The notes beneath the pieces were generated by a model that was not told the origin of the DNA, did no database searches, and was given only the letters and a program-made list of their open reading frames with translations. The translations under genes were made by a program, and so were the position numbers. DNA of 64,000 nucleotides from a virus, in the IMG/VR virus record IMGVR_UViG_3300027749_000060, positions 32,001-96,000 of that record. One strand, written 5' to 3'. Below are positions 29,301-39,581 of this stretch, one piece after another; within the stretch, counting starts at the first letter, position 1; the number at the start of each line of letters is the position of its first letter.

Positions 29301-32300
29301 ACACTAGGACAACTCAGAGGGCATTGGAATGCTATTGGAAAAAATACTATTGGATTAATTGGAAATCCTATTTCATCAAATAATCTACGTGATCTGAATA
29401 CTAATGCACAAAATGGTTTAATTCTACAACACTCGGCGCCTACAATTTATGCATCGTTGTTTTTAATTGATCCGCATCTTAATTTTATTAATAGTATTGA
29501 ATTTGCACGTAGTGATTATTCAAAATTTAAAAATAAGTTTTTAGAACTATGTGTAAACACACCGGGGCTTCCCCGTAATAATACACCAGCTGGTGTTGAT
29601 ATGATATTAAAAATTATCAACGGTGTAAAAAATCAAACATTTCCGTGGCATTATTCAGATATGATTCCATGGGGCGATGATGTTGTATTAGATACATATA
29701 AAATAATTAATGCACAGACTAGACTGTATACACTGAATAATATATATCTATCGCCAATTGGCGATAAAATGTATCCAAAAAATGGTCCATCAAATTGTGC
29801 TGTTCTTGTTTATCTTAATAATAGATTATTAGTCATTGATGTTGAATACACCATTACTAATGGTAATCCTTATATTACTATTAGTGATAGTGTGTTATTG
29901 TACGAGGGTGATTTACTTACAATAAAAGGTTACAAAAATACTGACGGTAGTTATGTGCCCGAAACACCTACTAAAATGGGAATGTATCCTAAATTTGTTC
30001 CAAGTATATTTGTAGATACAGCATTCAGAACACCTATAAATGTAATACAAGGACATGACGGAAGTAGACTTCCAGTTTTTAATGATTTGCGGGACGACTA
30101 TCTACTAGAACTTGAAAAAAGAATATTTAATAACATTAAAGTAGAATACAATGCTGAATTATTTGATGTATTTACATTTGTACCCGGCAAGTTTAGAAAT
30201 AATGACTATACCAGGCTTGAATTTAATGAAGTATTAAATTCTGATTTTTTAAAATGGATAGGAACTAATCAACTAGACATTGGCAGCAATGAATATTTCT
30301 TATCCAATAACGAATTCAGCTGGAATTATAATCAAGCATCTGATTCTATTAATGATGAATTGTTGCCAGGTTATTGGAAAGGAATTTATCAATATTTCTA
30401 TGATACGTGTCGCCCGCACACACACCCATGGGAAATGTTAGGACTACAAAATAAACCAGTCTGGTGGGAACCTACATATGGCGCCGCCCCCTATACACCT
30501 TCCAAAACTCAAATGTGGACCGATTTGGCATATGGATTTAATCGCGGCGATCGTACCACTAATACACAATATGCAAGGCCTGGATTATTGAAAATTATTC
30601 CAGTTAATGATGCCGGGGAATTATTACCTCCGGTGTCTAAATTAGTAAAGAAATATAATGGGACTACATTTAATCAAAGTTATGCAATAGGAGATCAAGG
30701 GCCAGTTGAGTCGGCCTGGAGAAATACCAGCGAATATGTATTTTCATTACATCGTGCAATAGCGTTATTAAAACCTGCTAAGTATTTTGGATTATTTTTT
30801 AATACCTCTTCGTATATCAACGATCCGGTAATAAATCAGTATGTTTTAAAAAATAATAAAAAGAGAATAACTCCAGAGTCGTTGCTAATTAACGGAGAAG
30901 TAGTGTCAGGTGCAATAACCAGATCGTCAAGTTACGTAAATTGGATACATGGTTATCTGACTAATTTAGGAATTAATGCTGCACAAAAAATAAGAACTAC
31001 AATTAGTAATCTGGATATTAGACTAGGATATAGGATGTCTGGTTATAGTGATAAATCTTATTTCACTGCTCTGGTAGAACAGTATAGTCCTAACAGTGTA
31101 AATCAATCTGCTATTATTCCATCTGAAAATTACATTGTTCATTTAAATAAAAGCTCGCCTATACGTAGTGCAACCTACAGTGGGGTTATTATTTCTAAAA
31201 CTACAGGCGGTTATGTTATCAATGGATATAATTTAAAATATCCTTATTTTACAGTTATACCTAGTTTAATAAATGGCAATTTTTATAGAATTGAAGCAGT
31301 AACAGCAACTGCAATTATATATAAAGATTACATTGATCAAAAAATAAATGTACCGTATGGATTTGAATTTGGTTCATCGCAAGAGTTAGTTGACTTTTTA
31401 GTTGGCTACGAACGATTTTTAATGTCCCAGGGTTTTATATTTGAAGCATATGATTCAGATCTTGGTGAAGTAAAAAATTGGATACTAAGTGCAAAAGAAT
31501 TTTTAGGTTGGACTTTGCAAGGGTGGAACGAAGGTAATATATTAGTATTAAGCCCAGTTCATTACACACTACAATTGTTTTCAACTGATTCAGTTGTGGA
31601 TACAGTCATTGGGCAAACTTCTAATACTCAAGTATTGGGACCAAATTTTAATGTTATCAAAGCCGACGAAATTGCAGTATTAAAAGAACCGGGACGTACA
31701 ACTGTTACTGTAATTTCTGGACAAACTATTGCATTTATAGAATTGCAGTTGGTTCAATATGAACATGTATTAGTATTTGACAACACAACTGTGTTTGCTG
31801 ATGTTATATATAAACCAGAATTGGGCAGTCGACAGTATAGATTAAAACTAATTGGATCTAAAACCACTGGGTGGGACGGATCATTAAACATACCTGGATT
31901 TATTTACAACACAGGATATATTGAACAATGGACCCCTGGCAGAGATTACAAAAAAGCAGATATTATTCAATATAAAAAACAAAACTATACAGCTATAGCA
32001 GATATATCTGGGACAGATACATTTAAACATGATCTATGGAGTATAACTGATCGTAAAATTGTAGCAAAATTAGTACCAAACTTTTCTCAAAATGCGTCTA
32101 AGTTTAATACGGTGTATAGCTTGGATACTCCAAATATAGATAGTTACTTTTCAGGATTCAGTAATGGGTTAACAGGATATAGGAATAGATCGTATCTTGA
32201 AGATTTAGGAATGGATCAAATTGCTCAAACTAAATTTTATCAAGGCTATATAAAAGAAAAAGGCACATTTAGTTCAATATCGGCACTATTTAAAGCTCGT

Positions 32301-35300
32301 CTTGATAATACAATAAACAATGTAGAAATATTTGAGGAATGGGGTCTAAGAGTAGGCGAGTATGGAGCAACTAAAACAAATCAATCAATTGATTTAATCT
32401 TAGATGAAAAGAAGTTTCAAGATGATCCAATAGTATTTTCAGTCATTAACGGAATAGAAATTCCACCTCCGAATGTAAAATTCTTTCGACCTAATACTTT
32501 ATTAAGCAAAAGTATAGATTTTAAATCGCCGTTGTTTTCGCATCGTCCAATGAATGAATACTTTGAGACAGATATAAAAACAGCAGGATATGTCAATATC
32601 AATGAGGTTGATAGCTTATTATTTGATTTTAATAATTATAAAAACTTAAATTTAACAATATTGGCTGATCTAGTAAATGGATATAAACTTTGGGTAGCTA
32701 AGGATTTTAATAAAGATTGGCAAGTTTATAAAGTAGTAGAAGTAGACAATCAAGTACTTGGTATTAGTTACGGCCTTGACAACAAAGTTATTATTACTAC
32801 TAAGTATGATCACGGCTTACAAATTGCCGATATAATAGCTATCAGAGATTTGAATTCTCTATACGACGGTTTTTATCAAGTATTAAATGTTGAAGCACCG
32901 AATACTTTTATTTGTATAATATCTACAAGTTTAATATCATCAATACAAACTGTTCCAGTTTATGGAACCGGCACTTTATTTTTATTACAGAAATCAAGAT
33001 ATAAAACAACAGAACTCAGAGAGTCTAATGTCACTAAAAGTATTTGGCAAGCTGGAGATTTAGTCTGGGTGGATGAAAACAATGGTCCAAATTGGGCTAC
33101 ATACAAATTTGTAAGTAGCGATCCTGGAAATTTTGGTGGACTGCACAATTTCTGGGGAATAGACAGCGGCTCAATAATATTCAGATCGTCTGGATTACCA
33201 TATCACGAATTTGGAAATATACAGTTTGATGTAACCGCAGTTAAACAAAATTATAATCGTATTTGGCCTCTTTATGCTGGAAAAAATATACCTGCTACTG
33301 TAGCAAGTCCGATTGGCAGCGGAATAATTGGATTTTGTTTAAATGGAGTTCCAATTTATAGTAGTATTGCTGCCGATTTTACAGCACCTGCTGATTATAG
33401 TACCCCTGGGGGATTTAATTATAACTTATCGTTCTCAGATTACAATTTCTTTAAGATAGATAATGCCGGAGGTACTACAACATTTAGCGGCGAATACTTT
33501 TATAGAAGTTTTACTTTTGGACAGGCCTGGAATACCGGTATTGGTGGTAGTGATACTAGAGTAAATGTAGAATATAAGTCGGAAATTTTATCTATTGCAT
33601 ATTTAGGCGGTGGTTTGGCTCATGCCAATGGCCATAGTAAAATATTAGGATTTGCAATCGACGGCTATCCAATTTATGGGCCGTATGGTTATTCAAATCC
33701 AAATAATATTCGTACACCAATTATAAGGATGACCAGCGGTTATGCACTTAGAAATCCTTCGTACAGAGCACCAACTGAAGCATGCGATTTAAATGTATAT
33801 CCAATGGGTATGTTTGCACAAGATTACGAATTTACTCAAGACGGGACACTAGACAAACATAACGGTAGATATTGTATTACTCCTGACTACCCTAACGGTA
33901 CCTATGCATATTTTGCTACTGTTAATAACTCCGGGCCTACATATCCATATTTTATCGGACCTACTTTTTACGGAACTGTTTCGTCAGTGAGCAATTCTCT
34001 TATACCGGGACCCGGCATTAAACCTCGGGTATTTGACGACCAGGTTAACGCAGTTTGGGAATTATATAAAAATCAGGAACCGTCGGTTGATTTTAACAGT
34101 ATGCGTGGTATGCATCTAATAGATAATGTTAATAAGAATATACTTGTTAAGTTAGATATAATTGATCCAGCTAAAGGAAGAATACTTGGGTCGGCACAAG
34201 CTGATATTGATTTTACTACTTCGTTTGATCCTGCATTTTATAACAATGGTACAAATGATGCATTGACAATTGATAGTGAATTCAATTGGGGTGAACAACA
34301 AATAGGATTAGTCTGGTGGGATTTGGAAGCTGTCAGATATTACGACTACGAACAAAGTACTATTGAATATAGAGCAAACAATTGGGGAAAAGTGTTTCCT
34401 GGAAGTAATATTTTTATATACGAATGGGTGTCAAGCGACGTATTACCGTCAATGTATGTTGCTGCTGGATTAGATGGTATTCCAAAATATGCAGACGACT
34501 CGGGGTATTCTACATTATATTATGTCGACGACATCACAATGACAGTTAAGACCAAATATTATTATTGGGTCAGAGCTAAGAATAGTGTAGGGAAAACATC
34601 TAAATCGCATAGCGTGTCTGGATTAGAGCAAATGGTTGCGGATCCTGGAAAACAAGATATACCATATGCAGCATTGATTGATAATAAAACTGTTGCATTA
34701 TATAATATTGGAAAATATCTATTAGAAGATAGAGTAGCATTGCACATTGAATATTCATTAGCTAAAAATGAAAATATTGTACATAGTGAATTTGAATTAT
34801 TTCAACAAGGTAACAAGAATGCAATAATGCATCCCCGAATTGAGAAAAAAATAATTGATAGTTTAGTTGGGGTAGATGAAAATAAAAATTTAGTACCTGA
34901 CCCTAGTTTATTACCTGCCGATCGCCTTGGGGTCTCGGATCGCCCAAGACAATCAATAATAGCTGATAGATTAGTAGCGCTCGACAATATAATTGGATTT
35001 ATTAATCAAATTATATTAAAATATCCAGTTGCAACACGCATATTCGATAAAGAAACAGTATACTCTGATAATTTCTATGCAGCAGAGCCGTATCCTGCCA
35101 AATCCGAATATGATTTAATAGTTGACACATTTATACAGTTAGATTATCTATTTGAAATATATCCAACTGATTTAGTAGTAGGTACAGAATATATTATTGC
35201 ACAAGCTGGTAATACTAATTTTGTTGAGTTAGGTGCAAGTGCAAATCAAATTGGCGTGAGGTTTAAAGCAACAGGCACCGGGGTTGGGCTTGGTACAGTA

Positions 35301-37478
35301 TTCCATAGTCGTATATTGGTTGCCAAAGATATCAATAACGGAAATAGATGGGCAATTTATTATAAACGTGTAGGTATTAATCCTTTGCCATTATTGTTAA
35401 AAATTCAATCTTATAACACAACTAATTTTTGGAATTTTATAGATTGGTATGCAAAAGGGCACGATAAGAATACACTAGTAGTTACTAAAAGTTTTGACAA
35501 TTATAACTTAACATACACAGATACCTTTGACATAGGAGATATTGTTAAAATTAATGATAACGGAAAAGGTAAATTTTCAATCTATAGATATAATGAAAAT
35601 AGTACCCTTGAGTTAATAGCCATAGAGTCGGGTACAATTGAGATATCTTCTGAATTCTGGAATAAATCTGGATTTGATCACGAAGGAATGGATTTCTTAT
35701 CATTTGATTATAGTTACTTTGAAGAACTACGATACATATTTAAAGGTATTAAAGAAGATATTTTTGTAAAAGATTTAGAAATTTATTACAATCAATTTTT
35801 ATTCTATGTAATTGAATATGTACTGTCGGAACAGAAATATGTAGACTGGATTTTTAAAACTAGTTTTATAACAGTTGCACACGAATTGCAAGGGTTAGTG
35901 CAATTGCCTTCGTATGTTAAAGATAGACAGACTCTGTACGAACAATATATCAATGAAGTCAAACCTTATAGAACAAAAATTAGAGAATACATACTAAAAT
36001 ATTCCAATTTGGAAACGTTAGATACCAACACAGTAACTGATTTTGACCTACCATCATATTATGATTTTGATTTAGGAAAATTCCGTAGCCCCAATGGAGA
36101 ATTTCCAGGCAAAGACCAAGTATTATTAGCAACAAAACCAGAGTATCAAGATTGGAAAAACCACCATGGATATTCAATTGGGTCAATTGAAATAGCAAAC
36201 GCAGGAATTGGTTATATTAGTAATGGACAAGTCGTAACACCCGACATATCTATAGTTCCTACCGATGAAACAGGATATGGTGCCAATGCTACCGCAGTAA
36301 TAGACGAAAGAATTGCTGGTGCAATATCGTCTGTGAACATTAAGACACCCGGAGATTTTTATACTACTACACCACTAATAGTTGTTAGCGGAGTGGGAGC
36401 AACTCAAATGAGTCGATACCAAGCCGGACATCCAAAATCAGCTCTACTATCTCCGAGATTGTTGAATAAGAAAATAAGAAAAATTAATACGGTAATGAAA
36501 TTTGACAGAGTTACGTACGACACTCAAGTTCAAGAATGGGCCCCGAATACTAACTATGATAATGGTGTATATGTAACGTACCAAGGGAAATGTTATATAA
36601 CCAACTCAAATATTGGAACATTGAGCAAATTTGATAAAACTCAATTTGTTAGCGTAACGTCAAATGTATTCGACAATGCAAACGATCGAATAACTGCATT
36701 TTACAATCCCACTGCCTCAATGATACCAAAAACATTATCCAGACTAATGACTGGCTTGGATAGACCTATACTGTCCGGAGAACAGAATGTAATAATTGAT
36801 ACAGCAATACAAGGTGGCGGGTTTACTGGAACTTCTATAGCAGCAGGAAGATTTGTATTAGGTAAAGACTATATTATTATTAATATAGGTAATACAGATT
36901 TTACACTATGCGGAGCCTCGTCTAACAAAGTAGGACTGAAATTTACAGCAACCGATGTTGGGATTGGGACCGGATCGGCAACAATTGCGTTGTCTACATC
37001 TGGGTACGGAACAGCATCTGGAATTGAGCCAGGAACAATTACATTAACAGGTGGTGCATTTGTTTATGAAACATTCAGCCATGCCCCAGAGGAATTATTA
37101 CCTGGTATAACATTTGATGCTGTCAGCATCCGTGTCGTTGACGATAATGGAGTTGGATATAGAAAATTTGTAAACATGAATCAAATAAAAACTGTTTCAA
37201 ATACAGCACCGCAAAGTTTAACTACGCTCTCACAAGATTTGTTAATTACAGATCAAACCATAACAGTGTCAGATTCTAGCAAACTTTATACACCTAGTAG
37301 ACTTTCAATTTCGCCCGGTTTAATATTTGTAAATGGTGAGCTAATTGAGTATTACACTAAAACTAACAATGTACTTGGTCAGTTACGCAGAGGTGTAGGC
37401 GGAACTGGGACTCCGATGGTACATCTATTAGGTAGTACTGTTGAAAATTCCAATCTCCCCGGAGCACTGAGACTATAA
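26373..37478 (+). CDS. Very large baseplate wedge / structural protein (gp7-like) with an inserted YHYH-like domain
   Basis: 3701 aa directly after gp6; YHYH-like block at ~33160-33980. Confidence 0.65.
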   Translation: MATRKTLNLLPSIFQTETNKKFLGATLDQLVSEPDISKFNGFIGRKFSPVNKPSDNFINEPTVSRENYQFEPAVVIKNTSNGIDLYADYQDLLEKVANHGGITENHNRLFESEYYSFNPRINFDKFINYTRYFWLPTGTDPVTVSAGTPGNDRTFVITRNDPGGYATINQDSTPNSTITLVRGAVYKFNVNQPGAKFWIQTEVGIDGFKDFNQTISTRDIIGIENNGAESGTITFTVPDKDSQDYYFKMPSLGFIDYAISEPFSAIDGQFWVNGNNAMDQIEGSTRYPQGYYVVFTSTSTNPDNWIDYTGNPVPIDKRHGLWKITINQNSKIQMEFVRTIPLGYKIRINYGANAGKEFFKNSGDNLVLSPPITAPLSTLFYQDENNESIVGKINIVDFPGNAINVNSDILGKVTYTSPNGVVFTNGLTVVFDNTVFPNSYRNSKYIIEGVGKSIKLIDIILLESVESVDTKSSVPFDQEPFDTLGLDQPIANSVAIPDYIVMNKSTTDLNAWARGNRWFHEDIIAKAAEYNKTTVKIDPTKRANRPIIEFEEDLQLFNSGKNFLAIIDRADTNFVGTGEKILNAYTDVNDKYVNDASIRRLNYIENQVAIFPNDISSNVRNALFRIEFKNQTTATSFNGVGTGYVNIRQGSNRVYEKILDGNRTTFRDQYIPGTLLYAVDNTYIGKIKSIFSNNEMILESPALVTRNEVVVKFNYPKITLRKIKTAVNNDSVVVRTGLNQKNTFWLNSGVWAYAQYKKDVNTPIKFDVVDKDGISLSSPSKYTESKFAGTTVFSYDIGSSISDPILGIKLRYTGIGNSISDINFVNSFETDTFTYKPYDYKTLNISSIGYLSKRTGRNTYSLLTVWQSISEPTKQYQHIADLSDGTTNYFEIDILPGDIVNQPNIKVFVNNVLIKNEDFVIETVGIRHAVNILTTVLDGDKIDILIYNKKSISDLGYYQIPSNLEFNAQNYDITNVTLGQLRGHWNAIGKNTIGLIGNPISSNNLRDLNTNAQNGLILQHSAPTIYASLFLIDPHLNFINSIEFARSDYSKFKNKFLELCVNTPGLPRNNTPAGVDMILKIINGVKNQTFPWHYSDMIPWGDDVVLDTYKIINAQTRLYTLNNIYLSPIGDKMYPKNGPSNCAVLVYLNNRLLVIDVEYTITNGNPYITISDSVLLYEGDLLTIKGYKNTDGSYVPETPTKMGMYPKFVPSIFVDTAFRTPINVIQGHDGSRLPVFNDLRDDYLLELEKRIFNNIKVEYNAELFDVFTFVPGKFRNNDYTRLEFNEVLNSDFLKWIGTNQLDIGSNEYFLSNNEFSWNYNQASDSINDELLPGYWKGIYQYFYDTCRPHTHPWEMLGLQNKPVWWEPTYGAAPYTPSKTQMWTDLAYGFNRGDRTTNTQYARPGLLKIIPVNDAGELLPPVSKLVKKYNGTTFNQSYAIGDQGPVESAWRNTSEYVFSLHRAIALLKPAKYFGLFFNTSSYINDPVINQYVLKNNKKRITPESLLINGEVVSGAITRSSSYVNWIHGYLTNLGINAAQKIRTTISNLDIRLGYRMSGYSDKSYFTALVEQYSPNSVNQSAIIPSENYIVHLNKSSPIRSATYSGVIISKTTGGYVINGYNLKYPYFTVIPSLINGNFYRIEAVTATAIIYKDYIDQKINVPYGFEFGSSQELVDFLVGYERFLMSQGFIFEAYDSDLGEVKNWILSAKEFLGWTLQGWNEGNILVLSPVHYTLQLFSTDSVVDTVIGQTSNTQVLGPNFNVIKADEIAVLKEPGRTTVTVISGQTIAFIELQLVQYEHVLVFDNTTVFADVIYKPELGSRQYRLKLIGSKTTGWDGSLNIPGFIYNTGYIEQWTPGRDYKKADIIQYKKQNYTAIADISGTDTFKHDLWSITDRKIVAKLVPNFSQNASKFNTVYSLDTPNIDSYFSGFSNGLTGYRNRSYLEDLGMDQIAQTKFYQGYIKEKGTFSSISALFKARLDNTINNVEIFEEWGLRVGEYGATKTNQSIDLILDEKKFQDDPIVFSVINGIEIPPPNVKFFRPNTLLSKSIDFKSPLFSHRPMNEYFETDIKTAGYVNINEVDSLLFDFNNYKNLNLTILADLVNGYKLWVAKDFNKDWQVYKVVEVDNQVLGISYGLDNKVIITTKYDHGLQIADIIAIRDLNSLYDGFYQVLNVEAPNTFICIISTSLISSIQTVPVYGTGTLFLLQKSRYKTTELRESNVTKSIWQAGDLVWVDENNGPNWATYKFVSSDPGNFGGLHNFWGIDSGSIIFRSSGLPYHEFGNIQFDVTAVKQNYNRIWPLYAGKNIPATVASPIGSGIIGFCLNGVPIYSSIAADFTAPADYSTPGGFNYNLSFSDYNFFKIDNAGGTTTFSGEYFYRSFTFGQAWNTGIGGSDTRVNVEYKSEILSIAYLGGGLAHANGHSKILGFAIDGYPIYGPYGYSNPNNIRTPIIRMTSGYALRNPSYRAPTEACDLNVYPMGMFAQDYEFTQDGTLDKHNGRYCITPDYPNGTYAYFATVNNSGPTYPYFIGPTFYGTVSSVSNSLIPGPGIKPRVFDDQVNAVWELYKNQEPSVDFNSMRGMHLIDNVNKNILVKLDIIDPAKGRILGSAQADIDFTTSFDPAFYNNGTNDALTIDSEFNWGEQQIGLVWWDLEAVRYYDYEQSTIEYRANNWGKVFPGSNIFIYEWVSSDVLPSMYVAAGLDGIPKYADDSGYSTLYYVDDITMTVKTKYYYWVRAKNSVGKTSKSHSVSGLEQMVADPGKQDIPYAALIDNKTVALYNIGKYLLEDRVALHIEYSLAKNENIVHSEFELFQQGNKNAIMHPRIEKKIIDSLVGVDENKNLVPDPSLLPADRLGVSDRPRQSIIADRLVALDNIIGFINQIILKYPVATRIFDKETVYSDNFYAAEPYPAKSEYDLIVDTFIQLDYLFEIYPTDLVVGTEYIIAQAGNTNFVELGASANQIGVRFKATGTGVGLGTVFHSRILVAKDINNGNRWAIYYKRVGINPLPLLLKIQSYNTTNFWNFIDWYAKGHDKNTLVVTKSFDNYNLTYTDTFDIGDIVKINDNGKGKFSIYRYNENSTLELIAIESGTIEISSEFWNKSGFDHEGMDFLSFDYSYFEELRYIFKGIKEDIFVKDLEIYYNQFLFYVIEYVLSEQKYVDWIFKTSFITVAHELQGLVQLPSYVKDRQTLYEQYINEVKPYRTKIREYILKYSNLETLDTNTVTDFDLPSYYDFDLGKFRSPNGEFPGKDQVLLATKPEYQDWKNHHGYSIGSIEIANAGIGYISNGQVVTPDISIVPTDETGYGANATAVIDERIAGAISSVNIKTPGDFYTTTPLIVVSGVGATQMSRYQAGHPKSALLSPRLLNKKIRKINTVMKFDRVTYDTQVQEWAPNTNYDNGVYVTYQGKCYITNSNIGTLSKFDKTQFVSVTSNVFDNANDRITAFYNPTASMIPKTLSRLMTGLDRPILSGEQNVIIDTAIQGGGFTGTSIAAGRFVLGKDYIIINIGNTDFTLCGASSNKVGLKFTATDVGIGTGSATIALSTSGYGTASGIEPGTITLTGGAFVYETFSHAPEELLPGITFDAVSIRVVDDNGVGYRKFVNMNQIKTVSNTAPQSLTTLSQDLLITDQTITVSDSSKLYTPSRLSISPGLIFVNGELIEYYTKTNNVLGQLRRGVGGTGTPMVHLLGSTVENSNLPGALRL

Positions 37479-37496
37479 TAAACCTGGAAAAATAAG

Positions 37497-37652
37497 ATGA
37501 TAAATAATGATAATATTCAGTTAGATCAAGATTCTTTAAAGGAATCCGAAAAAGTAGAAAAACCAGACGAAGAGCCTGGTATATCTGTGCAAGGGTTTTT
37601 AAAAATATTTGATCCAGAGTCTGGAGAAGTTTTAGCCCACGGTAGAGCTTAA
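37497..37652 (+). CDS. Small 51-aa protein similar to the N-terminus of the next gene
   Basis: Manual translation MINNDNIQLDQDSLKESEKVEKPDEEPGISVQGFLKIFDPESGEVLAHGRA*; fills the gap between the two genes. Confidence 0.6.
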   Translation: MINNDNIQLDQDSLKESEKVEKPDEEPGISVQGFLKIFDPESGEVLAHGRA

Positions 37653-37667
37653 TAAATTTAAAGGATA

Positions 37668-38297
37668 ATGATGCAATCACACGAAACAATACAACCAGGA
37701 ATACAAGGTTTTATTAAAATATCCGATGTTTCGGATAGTTCCCGCCCTGTTATTTTAGTTGAAAAGAAAAATGCAATACATTATGAAAATATCAGTGAAG
37801 CATTAGCAATGGGATTAGCCAATAAATCAAGTAATTTTATATATGAAATGCATTTTGGAAATGGTGGTACTACAGTAGACCAGACTGGTATCATAAACTA
37901 TTTGCCACCAAATGTTAATACACAAAATTCTAACTTATATAATCCTACCTTTTTTAAAACTGTAGATGATACAAATGAAACAAATACAGACCCTATTAGG
38001 AATAAACTTGAAGTTCGTCATGTTCCGGGTACTGTATATTCTGACATTTTAGTAACTTGTCTTTTGGATTACGGCGAGCCAGCTGGGCAATTGGCATTTG
38101 ATAATAGTCCTTACAGTGAAGATACCTTTGTGTTTGATGAATTGGGACTTAAAGGATGGAGCGCAACTGGCGCTGGCTTGGGAAAATTACTAACACATGT
38201 TATTTTCCACCCGGTTCAGAAAAGTTTAAATCGATTAATTCAAATTGAATATACAGTAAGAATACAATCCCTAACTAATTTAACAGGATTAGCATAA
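37668..38297 (+). CDS. Baseplate/fibre-associated structural protein
   Basis: 209 aa; FDELGL...LLTHVIFHPVQKSLNR.IQI.YT; AAGGA SD. Confidence 0.6.
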   Translation: MMQSHETIQPGIQGFIKISDVSDSSRPVILVEKKNAIHYENISEALAMGLANKSSNFIYEMHFGNGGTTVDQTGIINYLPPNVNTQNSNLYNPTFFKTVDDTNETNTDPIRNKLEVRHVPGTVYSDILVTCLLDYGEPAGQLAFDNSPYSEDTFVFDELGLKGWSATGAGLGKLLTHVIFHPVQKSLNRLIQIEYTVRIQSLTNLTGLA

Positions 38298-38348
38298 TGA
38301 CATATCTAAATAAATGGGTAAATACTAGTAACTTGGAGTTAAAGTTCT

Positions 38349-39560
38349 ATGGCATATAATATATACAAATCAAATGGCGATTTGTTATCCATCGTCGATG
38401 ACGGCTTTGCCGATATAAATTCTGCTAGTGTTGCATTAATAGGAAAAAATTTCCCAGGATATGGCCAATACTTTAATGAAAATTTTGTTCACTTAACAGA
38501 AAATTTTGCTAGTGATAATGCACCCGATAATCAGCTAACCGGACAACTCTGGTATCAAACTAGTACTAGTCAATTGAAAATATGGAACTCGACTGAATGG
38601 GTATCTGCAGGCAAGCCAACTATTATCAATGACAATGCCAGTGCTAATAGACATTTTGTAACGTTTGTTGATAGTTTTGGCGGCACACCAGATTTTAAAG
38701 TTGCAGCAAACAAAGGTATAACTTTTATACCTAGTTCTGGATTCTTTGGTCTTGGTGCAGAAAACCCAGACTCTAAATTAACAATTAGTACTAACATAGG
38801 TGCTGCCCTTGCAAATCCTGCACCAAATTTAAATACCGCAGTGCATATATTGGGTGACAATGGAAAAAGTCAAACTCTGTTAACAGAAAGTTATGGCGGC
38901 AATGGTCCAACTTATAACGCTAATAATGCTCCTATTATAGCATTACGTAGAAATAACGGAACAGGAGCTGGCAGGGAAGCAGTCAAAGTATCTGATATAC
39001 TTGGTGTAATAGCAGGACAAGGCTACAACGGAACTTCTGCTACTACAACCAGAATTGGTATCAATTTTGAAGCAACTGAAAACTGGAGTCCAACTTCTAC
39101 GCCTACCAGGATGGTGTTCTATACAACACCAACGGGCACTATAACAACAGCAAACGCAATAGGAATATTGAGCAACCAAACATTAGAGTGTTATGGCAAT
39201 GTATCCATGCAAAAAAATCTGACTACCACTGGGTTTATCAGAGCCGGCGGCGACGTAACAGCATATTATACATCCGATGAACGACTTAAGACAAATGTTT
39301 TACCCATAAGCGATGCATTAGATAAAGTTGCATCATTGAATGGCATTACATTTAATTGGAATGATTTGGCAACAGACAAAGACCTGACTGTCAGGGAAGC
39401 TGGGCTTTTTGCGCAAGATTTATTAAAAGTTTTACCCGAATCCGTTACAGTCAGGGATAATGGATATTTAGCAGTTCAATATGAAAAAGTAATTCCGTTG
39501 TTGGTTGAAGCTATTAAAGAACTTGTAGCAGAAATAAATGCTCTTAAAAAAACTGTTTAA
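38349..39560 (+). CDS. Tail fibre with C-terminal peptidase S74 intramolecular chaperone
   Basis: LIGKN..GYG...NENF..L.ENFA, GQLWY; SDERLK at 39273 and LLVEAIKEL coiled coil. Confidence 0.85.
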   Translation: MAYNIYKSNGDLLSIVDDGFADINSASVALIGKNFPGYGQYFNENFVHLTENFASDNAPDNQLTGQLWYQTSTSQLKIWNSTEWVSAGKPTIINDNASANRHFVTFVDSFGGTPDFKVAANKGITFIPSSGFFGLGAENPDSKLTISTNIGAALANPAPNLNTAVHILGDNGKSQTLLTESYGGNGPTYNANNAPIIALRRNNGTGAGREAVKVSDILGVIAGQGYNGTSATTTRIGINFEATENWSPTSTPTRMVFYTTPTGTITTANAIGILSNQTLECYGNVSMQKNLTTTGFIRAGGDVTAYYTSDERLKTNVLPISDALDKVASLNGITFNWNDLATDKDLTVREAGLFAQDLLKVLPESVTVRDNGYLAVQYEKVIPLLVEAIKELVAEINALKKTV

Positions 39561-39581
39561 AATTAAAATTGGAATACTAGA

